Origin: an uncultured Clostridia bacterium
GTDB lineage: Bacteria > Bacillota > Clostridia > Christensenellales > CAG-314
Length of the DNA stretch: 54,954 bases
Direction of reading: 5' to 3'
NCBI GenBank assembly: GCA_947630425.1
Contig: CANRHN010000005.1
Coordinates: 1-54,954 of the forward strand
The notes below the pieces were generated by a model. That model worked only from the letters and a program-made list of their open reading frames with translations. It made no database searches and was not told where the DNA came from. Position numbers and translations under genes: made by a program. Shown here in pieces: positions 9,436 through 20,944 of the stretch (positions are counted from its first letter, which is position 1; each line of letters begins with the position of its first letter).

Positions 9436-12400
9436 TCAGCTGTCCGAACGGCTCAAATTTGCAATGGCATCGGACCCACCATTAACATCGTAGAAGTCCA
9501 GATTTTCACCGCTGATTTCCAATACCCAAGAAAGGTTATCGTGTTCCCAACTGAAGCCCGATTCGTCGGTATAGTGTAAATCTGCCACAGGTACAAAGTA
9601 ATCGACATTGACACTCTTGTTATCCGTGTAGGTGACTCGAATACCATTTGCGCTGATAGTGATGCGATAGCTGTAGACATCTTCGGCAGTCCACACTCCG
9701 AGCCACTGTTCAAAGTCACATTCAGTGTCGCCACCTTCCTGCGGTTTGTTGCCCTTTACAAGGTAAATATCCAAGCCGCCACCGTACATGTTGATTTTGT
9801 CGCTTATAAGCTCCAGCGTATATTGAACATCGCCCACAGTGACGCGGAAAGTTTTGTCATCCTCAATGTACCTGAAGGTGCTTTGTTGCAAAGCTCCGTT
9901 GATGTACACTTTGACAACATCCTCGGCAATCTCCACTGCATAAACATCATCGCCCTCCGTTACACTCCAATATCCGAAGTAACTTTCGTAGGGGCAACCG
10001 TTATAGGGTCTAAGCTCTACGCTAAAGTTGAGCGAGCGGTCGTCTGTACCAAGCATAAAGTAAGAACTGTAGATATCTATTTGATAGTTGATGCCGCCTG
10101 CCGTAAAGGTGAAGATTTCGTAGCCGTAGCGATCCAGCGAGAGTTTTGCTCTTGAGGTGGGAACGTCCACACCGTCAATGCTGAATTTGATAACGTTTTG
10201 CTCTATCACAATCAGATATACTTTGTCGTCGTTATCAACGCCTCTATAGGTGCCGAGGTATTTGCTCCAATCGGCAATGGGTTCGCCTGTTTTGTTCAAT
10301 GTGACGTCGATTGCGTCGTTGTCAAACATTCGGCGAGAATCCGAACCCGTGTACAAAATATGGAAGGTTTTGCCGTCCACCGTAAGCACCATGCCGCCCT
10401 CAACACCAAAGTATACAACTTTCACGGTGCAAGGTTGACCGTTTTTCCAAACGGACACAGTTTTTTCTTCAATCTTAATGGTGTAAACGCCGTCGTTATC
10501 CTCGAAATAACCTTCGTAAAGCGAGTAGTCTTCGACAAGCTTGTAGTCGGAGCTTACGAGAACGTAGCTAAGCTTGGTTTGTTTTTCGTCATTCGGGAAC
10601 ATCACAAATGCCAAAGCGCTGTTGTCATCTATGGGTTGCAACACGCACTCACGTCCGTTGTAGTCGAAACCGAATTGGAAGTACCACGCCTCTATATTGT
10701 AGTCGTACTGTTTGTAGAAAGTGACATTCAATACGGTCGGTTCGCCACCGTCCACGGTGAGAGTCACTTGTTCGGCAGTGATATCTACTTTGAAGCCATC
10801 GCCTTGGTAGCTGCCGATGTAATCGCTCCAATCGTCCAACTCGGTGTACTGATCGAGATAGAATATAAACATATAGTCCTCTTCGTTTTCCTTGGCAAAG
10901 TACAATGAAGAAACTTTTCCTTCCGTTTCGCCGGCGGGTTGAAGAATGTAGACCTCTCCTTTCCAAACAAACTCAAACTCGTAAAATTCGATACCTCTGT
11001 TGGAAACGAACATATTGAACATCAAGCGCGAGATTGTTTGCAGACTGTCGCCCACAGTCAACTCCACCTTGTTGTCGTCGATAACCAGCATGTACTCAGT
11101 TTCGTTGTCGTCCACGGCATAGTATGTGCCATTGAATTGCGACCAATCGGGAACAAAGTCGTTGCGGGCAAAATATACGTTGTAGGTGAACTTTTCGTCA
11201 TCGTAGAAATTGAAGTAGCCTGCAATTTTACCGTACTGCATCAACCAGAACACGTCGCCGTTTTCATTTTCCAAACGGAACGCGGGCGTTGCATACTCTG
11301 CATCAAGGTACTTTATTTTGTCAAACACAAGCGTTGTTTCACCCACCGTAACGGTGATTTTGCCCTGCTCTATTTTGAGAGTATTTTTGCTATCGTCAAC
11401 TTGAGTATAGTCACCGTAGAAATCGGAGTAATCCTCAACGTAACCCTCGCGTATCACTTTGAATTCGCCGTAGTCCTCGTTGTCGTCGGAGAGGAACATT
11501 TTGTCCTCGCTAATCACAAGTAATTTCCAGCCCTGTCCGTCAAACAACGTGAAGGTGATTTCAACAACAACGCCACCCGAGGTGCTTCTGTACTCGGCAA
11601 TGTAAATATCCTCGGCTTTTTCCGCTGTGGATTGATCGGGCAGCTTCACTTGAATACCGTTGTCGTCAATGACAACCCTTGCGCCGCTGTTGTTTTCGCC
11701 GAGGAAAGTGCCTTTATATGGCGTCAGATCGGCAGCTACTCCATCACGGTAGAAAGTGCAATTGACGTAATCGCTGTTCAAAAACAAAACATTGTTGTTT
11801 AGGTCGATGACGGTGAAGTAATACATATCGTAATCTTCGGTGTAGATAATCAATTCTCCGTCTTCTTCGTAGTAAGTAATATCATAGGTGTCGGTCACGT
11901 TGACAAGCTCTTTGCCGTCCAACGTGATTGTGACGGATGTCGCGCCGATTTTGAGGGTGAGAACGTGTTGCTCGTAGTTCTCGTCCAACACTTTAGCCGT
12001 GTAATCGCCGACGAAGTTTTCCCATTCGCACAGTCTGAAGCGCAATTGGTGGCTGTTTCCGTCGGGATCGACAAGCGTCATCTTGTCGCCGTCCTTGCTG
12101 AGCTTGTAATCTTCGTCAGCAAACACTAAGGTGTAGCTTCCGTCGCTGTTTTTGGTGATTTTACTTGCGGAGTCGTAGCCTATTTCCACAGTATCCAAAG
12201 TCACCAATATCTCGATATCCTCGGTGTCGCTTACCCAATTGCCTAACCAATCGGTAGCAAAGTAGCCATTGACTGCATTTTGGTCTACTTTCACCTCGGT
12301 AGGCAAATCGGTAGCGTCGAATTTGCTGAACGTAAGTTCTACATGTCCCTGTTTGTAGATTTCTCCCCAAAAGGTCATTGTATAGTCAAATGATACTTTG

Positions 12401-14318
12401 CCTATATTTCCGTTATCGAGAGAAATTTCGATGTTTGTGGCATAGGTAGCATTTTCTTTTTGCGTATCGCCCACCGTGAAGCTTGTTGCAACGAATGTCG
12501 CAAGAACTTGCTTATATGCACCGTTAAGGTCAATGTCGCGCAACACAAAATTGCCCTTTTCGTTGACGGTGAACATTCCAAGGAATACTCCGCTCAGGTC
12601 AAACGAAGCGTATACATAATTTGTGCTATCGTATGACGCATAGCTGCCCATCTCCATTGCGCCGTCTTCATTCATTTCAAAAGACCAAACGCTTCCGTCG
12701 GGGCGAGTGACGTAACCGTTTTTGTTGTCTTGTTCGTCAAACCACAGCACGCCGTCTTTGAAAAACACGTTGTAGTCGGTTGCGCTTTCGTCAGTGCCTG
12801 ATTTGTGACTGTAGTTGAGTGTAAAGCTCGATGCATTGTGAGCGTTTGCCAAAGCGTCGGCAAGAGGCTTGAGGTCTGCACTGTCGGAAGAATAGTCCTC
12901 TGTAAGGTTTTCGGGTAATTGATCCGCTTTGCCTACCGCAAGGGAAATTGTATAAACATAAATTTGATCGGTCCAAGTGCCTTGCTCTACAACCTCTTCC
13001 GACGTTACATTGATGACCAATTTGCCATCGTCAAGAAGAATTTCGAAGTCGGCCATGTCAAAAGTATAACCCGTAACGGAGCCCAGCACCTGTGCGCACT
13101 TTTCGGGATCTGCAATGTGCCATGCGCCGTTGTCGAATGTAAAATCGGCGAGCGTCAAAGCGTCGAAAGCGTTGGTATAATCGTCAAACAACAGTACATT
13201 GTTTTCCGAATCAACAAGTTGAAGCAACTCCGATTTTCCCGTAAAGATATCGTGAGCGTAAGTGCCCAAATAGCCTTCTGCTGTTTTGCCGTAAAAATAT
13301 TCCAGATCTACCGTTTCGCCCGTTTGTATCCTTTGCCAAACAATGTCAAGCTCGGGATAGAAGGCTGTAAAAATTGTGGAATTTGTTGCGGGTTCTCCGT
13401 CAAGAGTAATTTTGACGCTACCGAAAAATTTCACATTGCCCTGCAAAGTATCCAACAAATCCTGCGTGAAGGGGCGGGTTGCGGAAATATTTACAGTCGT
13501 ATTTTCGGATATATTGAAGATGTACCTGTTTTGTTGGTCCAACTCCTCTTCCTCGTTGTTGACGTACAATGAATCCAATTCGTAGCCTTCCTCAAAGCTA
13601 AACGTCAACGTCACACTTGTGCCCGCCGTGAAGGTGTAAACATCTTCCTCAGGGGTTGTTTCGGGGGTAATGCTGAAGGTGACCCCTTCCGTTTTGATGA
13701 CCTTCAAGGTGTAGGTTTCTTCTGGCTCTGCGGATTTGAATGTGACCGTGACCGTTGTGTTGCCTGTAACTTGGAAGGTGTACTTGCCCTCATTGTTCAG
13801 CGCGGCGTCGCTGTGCCCGCTTACCGTAAAGGCGTCTACTTCGTAGTCGGTTGCGGGTGTAACTGTAACCGTTACGCTTTCGCCCTCGGTGTAAGCGTCC
13901 TTTTCCGGATTGAGCTTGACAGTGCCGTTTACGGTTTCGGTCACAGTGACAGTGTAGGTAGTGGGATTCACCACCTTTGCCTCAAACTCCACAGTAACGG
14001 TTGTGTCCGCCGTTACTTCAAACGAGTAGGTACCCCCCCCGCAGGCATTGACGCATCACTATGTCCGCTGACCGTGAAAGTTTTAACTTGAAAATCATTG
14101 TTGGGCGTCACCGTTACAGTTGCTTGTTCTCCGTTGTCGAACAGTTCGCCGTCTTTGGGTGCTTTGACAGTGACGTTTCCTTGTTGCTTGTTGTAGTTTG
14201 CAACGGTAACCTTAAAGCCCGTTTCCTGCTTGTCGCATGCACCGACAACCAACAAAACGCTTGCAAGTACCAATGCCATGCACAGCAAAGCAATGGTGAA
14301 CTTTTTTGTCAGTTTCAT
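9436..14318 (-). pseudogene. Very large acidic repetitive surface lipoprotein, split by a frameshift at a G8 tract (phase-off allele or sequencing error)
   Basis: The 5' ORF 14013-14318 has SD, signal peptide and lipobox VGAC. The 3' frame 9436-13992 lacks these and continues the interrupted domain (TYSFEVTADTTVTVEF). Three InlB-B-like N-terminal domains and about ten 'W/YsxYxGxY/W' beta-rich repeats. Confidence 0.85.
14033..14040 (-). repeat. G8 homopolymer (coding strand) at the frameshift site
   Basis: Plus strand cccccccc; G6 or G9 restores the frame. Confidence 0.9.
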
Positions 14319-14789
14319 ATTTGTTCCTCCTTAAAAAATGTCTATAATCACATCGATTGGAAAAGTTTAACGGATTTTTGCTACGCGAAATCAATCAAAA
14401 CGCGTCCAACGCAATGTATTATGCAATTATTTTATCATTACAAACAACTTTTAGTAAAGTAAATTACTATAAAAAAGATTATTTACAACGATTCGCTTAA
14501 CAAAAAAAATTTTTCGTCGATAGGAAAATAATGACTGAGTAAGAAAGATAAGCTTCCGCAGACAATGCAAGCGTTGCGTTGATTGCATAACCATTAAAAA
14601 CGAATAACTATAAAAAACAACCTGAAATTGTTGTTTTTAATGCCTTTTACGGACAGGAAAACATGCAAAATTTCGACCACAGGTCTCCAAAATTGCGGAA
14701 AAACCGTGATTTTTCCGAGTGCTTCGGTTTGCAAATTCGTCCTTACACGGCACGTTTTGGCGGTGAAAAAGCGTAAGCGGCGAAAGCTC

Positions 14790-15548
14790 TTACAAAACAA
14801 TCAGCGAAATTGTGAAGGGAACAAGCAAATAGACGGCGAACCAAATCCAGCTTTTGGTTTTGATTGCGCGCATCACCATGTACACGGAAACAAGCCCCGA
14901 CAAAAACGCCGCCACAACACCGATCACAATGCAGTACCACGGGGTGGCAATGGCAACGTGCAACGCTTCATAGCCTTCCACAGCCGCGCTTGCAAGTATC
15001 ACGGGCACGGACAGCAAAAAGCTGAATTCCGCCGCGTCGCTGCCGTTCAGACCGAACAATTTCATTACGGAAATCGTGCTTCCGCTGCGCGACAATCCGG
15101 GGAAAACGGCTATGCCCTGCGTCACTCCCGTCACTATCAAGCTTGCCCAACTCGCCTGTTCCAAGCGGAAACGCGGCTTCGACAGCTTGTCGGAAAGCAC
15201 AATCAAAACGATTGTCAACGCAAATCCAACGGGAAGAACGTAGCCCATTGCGCTTTCGGGAACGAAAAGTTTGACAAGCAGCGCAATCACAAACGTCGGT
15301 ACGCTTGCCACAACAAGGTAAAGCAATTTTCTGCTTGCAACGGGGTGACGAATTGTCTGCCAAAGAGTGTGCCGCAACGCAATCACCACCGCAAAAAGCG
15401 TTCCGAGGTGCAGCATCACGTCAAAAAACAGTCCTGCGTTCACATCAAAGAGCTTTTCAGCCAGCATCAAATGACCGCTGCTGGAAACGGGCAAAAATTC
15501 GGTAAATCCCTGCAACAAGCCCAAAAATATACTTTGCAAAACTGTCAT
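14790..15548 (-). CDS. uppP: Undecaprenyl-diphosphate phosphatase
   Basis: GLLQGFTEFLPVSSSGH, PGLSRSGSTI, AAEFSFLLSVP. Confidence 0.95.
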   Translation of the reverse strand: MTVLQSIFLGLLQGFTEFLPVSSSGHLMLAEKLFDVNAGLFFDVMLHLGTLFAVVIALRHTLWQTIRHPVASRKLLYLVVASVPTFVIALLVKLFVPESAMGYVLPVGFALTIVLIVLSDKLSKPRFRLEQASWASLIVTGVTQGIAVFPGLSRSGSTISVMKLFGLNGSDAAEFSFLLSVPVILASAAVEGYEALHVAIATPWYCIVIGVVAAFLSGLVSVYMVMRAIKTKSWIWFAVYLLVPFTISLIVL

Positions 15549-15670
15549 AAACGTTCCTTTTCTATTTACTTTTAGCAAATAGTATGTTAAAATTTTACTA
15601 ATCTTATATAATGCAAAATTTGCGCACTACAAGTTTACGCAATTTTTGCAGCTTTTAGACCGAGGTAACA

Positions 15671-16762
15671 ATGAAGCTTGGTGTTGTGGGATTGCCCAAT
15701 GTGGGCAAAAGTACCCTTTTCAATGCGATTACGCAAGCGGGAGCGGAAATGGCGAACTACCCGTTTTGTACTATTGAGCCGAATGTGGGCGTGGTGGCTG
15801 TGCCAGACGAAAGATTGGACAAGCTCGCCGCGCTGTACAACAGCAAAAAAGTAACCCCTACCTATCTGCGGTTTGTGGACATTGCGGGTTTGGTCAAGGG
15901 CGCGTCCAAGGGCGAAGGCTTGGGTAACAAATTTTTGTCGCACATTCGCGAGGTGGACGCCATTGTGCATGTCGTAAGATGTTTCGAGGACAGCAACGTC
16001 ACGCACGTAAGCAACAAGGTAGACCCCGTTTCCGACATACAAACGATAAATCTCGAGCTTATTTTTGCCGATATCGAAACGGTTAATTCCCGCCTCAACA
16101 AAGCGATCTCCATGCAAAAGACGGGGGAGAAAAAGTACAAAACGGAAGCGGAGCTGCTGCAACGCATTTTGGCGCACCTCGAAAGCGAAAAACCCGTGCG
16201 CACAATGGAGCTTGACGAGGAAGAGCGGCAGGCGGTAGAGGAAATGTTTTTGTTGACAAGCAAGCCCGTCATTTACGCCGCCAACATCTCCGAGGATGAC
16301 ATAGGCAACGCCGACAATCCTCTTGTAAAAGCGGTGGAGGCTCAAGCCGCCAAGGAAAACGCCGAAACGTTGGTGATTTGCGCCAAGGTGGAGGAGGAGC
16401 TTTCCAAGCTTGACCCCGAAGAAAAGCAAATGTTTTTGGAGGAGTACGGTATTGAGGAAAGCGGCTTGAACCGTCTTGTAAAAAAGTGTTACAAGCTGTT
16501 GCACCTTGTCAGCTTCCTTACCGCGGGCGAAAAGGAGACTCGCGCTTGGACCATTACCGAGGGCACAAAAGCGCCGCAGGCGGCGGGAAAAATTCACACC
16601 GATTTTGAAAAAGGCTTTATACGCGCCGAAATTGTTCCCTACGAAACAATGTTGGAAATGGGCGGCTACACCCAAGCAAAAGAACACGGCAAGGTGCGCA
16701 GCGAAGGCAAGGACTACGTGATGAAGGACGGAGACGTGGTTCTGTTCAGGTTTAACGTGTAA
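15671..16762 (+). CDS. ychF: Redox-regulated ATPase YchF
   Basis: GLPNVGKST, NYPFCTIEPN, DIAGLVKGAS, EGKDYVMKDGDV. Confidence 0.97.
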   Translation: MKLGVVGLPNVGKSTLFNAITQAGAEMANYPFCTIEPNVGVVAVPDERLDKLAALYNSKKVTPTYLRFVDIAGLVKGASKGEGLGNKFLSHIREVDAIVHVVRCFEDSNVTHVSNKVDPVSDIQTINLELIFADIETVNSRLNKAISMQKTGEKKYKTEAELLQRILAHLESEKPVRTMELDEEERQAVEEMFLLTSKPVIYAANISEDDIGNADNPLVKAVEAQAAKENAETLVICAKVEEELSKLDPEEKQMFLEEYGIEESGLNRLVKKCYKLLHLVSFLTAGEKETRAWTITEGTKAPQAAGKIHTDFEKGFIRAEIVPYETMLEMGGYTQAKEHGKVRSEGKDYVMKDGDVVLFRFNV

Positions 16763-16776
16763 CAAGGAGACTTTTT

Positions 16777-18618
16777 ATGAGCGAAAAGGTTAAAGAAAAA
16801 AGGCAGTCCGCCTCCGGCAAGGTAAGTTTGGGCAACAAGCTGGCGTTTGCTTGCGGCGACATTTTCGGCGGCGGCAGCTTCAACATCATCAACTTTCTTT
16901 TTACTCCCTTTTTGACGTTGATTGTTGGTATACCGATGACGTATTTGGCGCCGATACTGCTGCTCACCAAGGTGTGGGACGGCATCATCGACCCCTTTAT
17001 CGGCAAGATAACCGACGCCAAGCGTCCGGGCAAATTCGGCAAACGACGGTTCTTTATGCTGATTTTTGCTCCGCTTGTGTTGGTGGGATTTGTGTTGTTG
17101 TTCTTCCCATGGAATCTCATCACGACGGAAACTTGGGCAAAGTGCTTTTTGGTAGTGTTGGTATACATGCTGTATGCCACGGCGCAGAGCTTTGTTCTCA
17201 TTCCTTACTACTCTCACGCAAGCGAAATGACGGACGATTTTGTAGAGCGTAACCGCACAAATGCCGTTCGGTTGGCGTTTTCCATATTGTCAAGTTTGAT
17301 TTGCGTTGCCGTTCCGGGAATGATAGCTTCCCCCACAAACCCCGCGGTTTTCAAAAACAACCCGTCTTTGTCCTATATCGTAATGGCGGCGACATTCGGC
17401 GGAATATTTATGATTTCGGTGTTGATTGCGGCATTGTTCAGTCGCGAGCAAGTGGTAACGCCCGCAGTCAAAGCCAAATTCGACATCAAGGATTTTGTTC
17501 GTCCTCTCAAAATGGCGACCTATCGCCGACATCTCGGCATGCAGATGTGCGCCAGCTTCGGTATGGCGGTGATGAGCAGTTTCTTCTTTACGCTGTGCGA
17601 TTTTGTGTTGAGAGCCAATTCGTACTACACGTTAAATACAACAACAGTTGCGGGCGTGTCTCGTTTTCCGATTGCAACGGTGGCGGCAGCAGCAATGTTC
17701 GTTGCGCAGATAGTGGCATTGCCCATATATCTGACGGTAATCAAAAAGAAGTCCAAACGTTTTGCCTACATCACAGGCGCTATCGTGTGGATAGTCGTTG
17801 CGGCATTTATGATATTTTTACCTGTCGAAACCTCTTCGACGATTAACGACAAATTGAAGATCGTAACTGTTGACGGCGCGCCCGATTGGTTGCTTATCGG
17901 TTTCGGACTGTTGCTGGGTTTGGGTATCGGCGGTACGGTGTTTGTGCCGCACAGCGCGTTCGGCGATGTTTGCGACGTGGGCGAACTGTACTTCGGCGAG
18001 CGCACGGAGGGCAACTTCTCCGGTCTGAACAACTTCCTTAACACCACGGCGCAGGCTGTCGGTCTTGCCATTCCGCCGCTTGTTATCGGTTTGACGGGAT
18101 ATGTTGAAACACAGTATCGTACCGCAAGCGAGTACGCCACATTGTTGGGTATGAGTCCCGATATGCAGGCTAAGGATCTCGGTATGGCTCTTGAAAACTT
18201 CAAAATTACCGAGGGCGGCGGAAATGTTCAATTATTGCCGCTTTCACAGCCCGAAGCGGCGCAAATAGCTATCAAATTGACGTTTATTCTTTTGCCGATA
18301 ATCATCGTTGGTTTGGGAATATTCATTGCTTCCCGCTACAAACTGACCGCAAAACTGCAAGCGCGCATTGTGGAACTCAACCGTCGCGAGGACAAGGGCA
18401 GCGAAGAGTGGCAAGCGGAACGCGTCGAACTGTTGGGCGCGTTGGGCGAAAACGTGGAAAAACTCCCCGTCATCACCGCAGAAAGCGCAGAAGAGGAACG
18501 GACGCCCGACGAGCAAGGCGCGGCAGAGGACTCCGCGGCAAATCTTACCGAAACGGAGCAACAACCCGAGGCGGACGGTTCGCCGGACGAAAGCGCGGCA
18601 AGCCCGCAAGAAAAATAA
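16777..18618 (+). CDS. MFS transporter, glycoside-pentoside-hexuronide (MelB-like) family, with acidic C-terminal tail
   Basis: KVWDGIIDPFIGKITD...FGKRR, IPYYSHASEMT, DVCDVGEL..GERTEG. Confidence 0.85.
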   Translation: MSEKVKEKRQSASGKVSLGNKLAFACGDIFGGGSFNIINFLFTPFLTLIVGIPMTYLAPILLLTKVWDGIIDPFIGKITDAKRPGKFGKRRFFMLIFAPLVLVGFVLLFFPWNLITTETWAKCFLVVLVYMLYATAQSFVLIPYYSHASEMTDDFVERNRTNAVRLAFSILSSLICVAVPGMIASPTNPAVFKNNPSLSYIVMAATFGGIFMISVLIAALFSREQVVTPAVKAKFDIKDFVRPLKMATYRRHLGMQMCASFGMAVMSSFFFTLCDFVLRANSYYTLNTTTVAGVSRFPIATVAAAAMFVAQIVALPIYLTVIKKKSKRFAYITGAIVWIVVAAFMIFLPVETSSTINDKLKIVTVDGAPDWLLIGFGLLLGLGIGGTVFVPHSAFGDVCDVGELYFGERTEGNFSGLNNFLNTTAQAVGLAIPPLVIGLTGYVETQYRTASEYATLLGMSPDMQAKDLGMALENFKITEGGGNVQLLPLSQPEAAQIAIKLTFILLPIIIVGLGIFIASRYKLTAKLQARIVELNRREDKGSEEWQAERVELLGALGENVEKLPVITAESAEEERTPDEQGAAEDSAANLTETEQQPEADGSPDESAASPQEK

Positions 18619-18629
18619 ACTTGTCTTTC

Positions 18630-18660
18630 AAAGAACGCAGTTATACAGCTGCGTTCTTTT
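18630..18660 (+). terminator. Intrinsic terminator
   Basis: aaagaacgcagt-tatac-agctgcgttctttt. Confidence 0.8.
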
Positions 18661-18746
18661 GTGTTAAAATATTTTCCTTTTTTATCGCAACGGCACAACG
18701 GCAAAGGGTTGTTGAATTTGTCGCAATGTGGTATAATAATTTTACT

Positions 18747-19526
18747 ATGCTAAAGATTTCGCCGCTGTTCAGCGGAAGCAAAGGAAACTGCACCCTGATC
18801 CAATCGCAGAACGTCAACATTTTGTTGGACGTCGGCTTTACCTATCGCGGAATTGTCAAGGCGCTCGAAGAGCGCGATCTGACCCCCGACGACATCGACG
18901 CAATCGTCATCACGCACGAACACACCGATCACATCGGGGCGTTGCCAATGTGGACGCGTCACACGCCCACTCCCGTTTACGCGCCCGAGCGAATTGCCGA
19001 TTTGATTGCTCAAAGGGTGTACTTTTCCGACGTCAACGGCATTGTGGACGATTTTGTTTTGGGAGACGTCGCCATTGCTCATTACGAATGTTCGCACGAC
19101 GCGGTGTGTTGCTTTGGGTACAAATTTACCTGCGGCAGCAGTCGCTTTGCATGCGTTACCGACACGGGACATTATACGGACGAATTGACGGATTTTTTGT
19201 GGGACTGTAACGCAATCATGTTGGAAAGCAACCACGACGAGGACATGCTGCGCCGCGGAAGCTACAGCTTTTCGCTCAAGCAACGCATTTTGTCCCCCTT
19301 TGGGCATTTGTCGAACGCTCAAGCGGCGCAAGTACTCAAGCAGCTTGCGGGGTCCTGCGTCAAAACAATTTTGTTGGCGCACTTGTCGGAAAACAACAAT
19401 AACAAAGAGCTGGCTTTCAACACGGCTGTGTCCGCATGCGCGGAAAGCGGCGTTGTTGAGGGTAGAGATGTGATGATTTACGTCGTCGATCAGTACAAAA
19501 ACGAGGTGTCCGTTTGCTTAGACTGA
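18747..19526 (+). CDS. yycJ: MBL-fold metallo-hydrolase, YycJ/WalJ-like
   Basis: SGSKGN, THEHTDH, SHDA, TDTG, LESNHD, GHLSN, HLSENNN; near rlmH as in other Firmicutes. Confidence 0.85.
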   Translation: MLKISPLFSGSKGNCTLIQSQNVNILLDVGFTYRGIVKALEERDLTPDDIDAIVITHEHTDHIGALPMWTRHTPTPVYAPERIADLIAQRVYFSDVNGIVDDFVLGDVAIAHYECSHDAVCCFGYKFTCGSSRFACVTDTGHYTDELTDFLWDCNAIMLESNHDEDMLRRGSYSFSLKQRILSPFGHLSNAQAAQVLKQLAGSCVKTILLAHLSENNNNKELAFNTAVSACAESGVVEGRDVMIYVVDQYKNEVSVCLD

Positions 19527-20419
19527 ACTACGAAAAACGGGATTTGGGGTTTGTGTTCGGCGTTGCCGTCGCCATGATGGTGGTGGCAAGTCTTTTGTTG
19601 TCCCTTATTTTCGGAAATGCCGAGGACGGTTGGCGTTTTTGGCTTATGCAAGCGTTGTACACGGTGGCTATAGGCAGCTCCGTATTCGTTTATGCGGCGG
19701 TTGCTCGCGTCAACCCAATTGCGGCGGGCAAACTCAACGTCAAGCCTCCGCTTGCCCACATTGGGTGGGGCGTTTTGGCAACCGCATGTTTGATATTTGC
19801 CATGATGCCCATCAACAACATGCTGATGAACGGTATCGAGCGGCTGGGACTACCCGCGCAAGGCGTTGACATTCCCGACGGAGCGGAAAATTTGGCGGGA
19901 TTGTTGATAGTCGCCGCCCTTCTACCCGCCTTTTGCGAGGAGGCGGTTTTTCGCGGTGGGGTAGCTCAAGCGGCGGCTTCATTCAAAAACAAATTTGCCG
20001 CTTTGGCTCTTTGCGGTGGATTGTTTGCCGTCTTTCACGCCAACCCCGCGCAAACAATTCATCAATTTGCGTTGGGCGCGCTGCTTTCGTTGTTGGCTTT
20101 GAGAAGCGGCAGTCTGTGGACGTCCGTTTTGGTGCATTTGTTCAACAATTTGTTGGTGGTCGCCCTCAATTTTACCGTGTTGGGGCAGAGCGCGTTTTGG
20201 AGCGTAACAAGCAACACCGCCGTTGTTTTACCCATCATGTTTGCGGGACTTGTCGGCTTTGGCTTGTGCGTGTTCGGGTATATCAAAACAACTCGCAGCA
20301 ATTGGAAAGCGTGTTCGGAATCGGACGCCCGCCCTTCGGGCACGTCCGCAATGGCTTTGTGCGTTTCCGTCGTCATTTGTCTTGTTTTGTGGTTTACAAG
20401 GTTGTTTTTGGGGGCGTGA
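19514..20419 (+). CDS. CPBP (CAAX/Abi) family intramembrane metalloprotease
   Basis: EEAVFRG, FAVFH, HLFNN; multiple TM segments. TTG start uncertain. Confidence 0.85.
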   Translation: MLRLNYEKRDLGFVFGVAVAMMVVASLLLSLIFGNAEDGWRFWLMQALYTVAIGSSVFVYAAVARVNPIAAGKLNVKPPLAHIGWGVLATACLIFAMMPINNMLMNGIERLGLPAQGVDIPDGAENLAGLLIVAALLPAFCEEAVFRGGVAQAAASFKNKFAALALCGGLFAVFHANPAQTIHQFALGALLSLLALRSGSLWTSVLVHLFNNLLVVALNFTVLGQSAFWSVTSNTAVVLPIMFAGLVGFGLCVFGYIKTTRSNWKACSESDARPSGTSAMALCVSVVICLVLWFTRLFLGA

Positions 20420-20889
20420 TGAAGTTTCGGATCGTTGCCGTTGGCAAGGTAAAAGAAGAATATTTGCGCCAAGCAATTGCGGAGTACTCCAAGCGCATTT
20501 CGCGTTTTGCCGAACTGCAAATTGTGGAAGTGGAAGAGTGTCTTAGCCGTGGCGCGCAAACGGCGGGCGAGGTGGAACGCGTAAAAGTTGCGGAAGGCAA
20601 AGCCATTCTTGCCAAGCTGGAAGGCTACGTTGTGGCAACGGATATCGACGGGGAGCTTGTTTCCAGCGAGCAATTGAGCAATCTCATTGTTCGGCAAAAG
20701 CAGCGTTACTCCACCGTGACGTTTGTTGTGGGCGGAAGCAACGGATTGTCGGACGAGGTAAAGGCAAGGGCGGACGTTCGGCTTTCTTTCGGAAAAATCA
20801 CCCTGCCTCACCAACTTTTTCGCGTTGTTTTGACGGAACAGCTTTACAGGGCGTGTTGCATTGAAAACAACGCATCCTACCACAAGTAG
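20419..20889 (+). CDS. rlmH: 23S rRNA pseudouridine-1915 N3-methyltransferase
   Basis: IVAVGKVKE, FVVGGSNGL, LSFGKITLPHQLFRVVLTEQLYRA, YHK. Confidence 0.95.
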   Translation: MKFRIVAVGKVKEEYLRQAIAEYSKRISRFAELQIVEVEECLSRGAQTAGEVERVKVAEGKAILAKLEGYVVATDIDGELVSSEQLSNLIVRQKQRYSTVTFVVGGSNGLSDEVKARADVRLSFGKITLPHQLFRVVLTEQLYRACCIENNASYHK

Positions 20890-20944
20890 AGCAGATACAA
20901 TTGACAAAATAATTATTTGTGTTACAATAAATTCGGTGAAAAAT

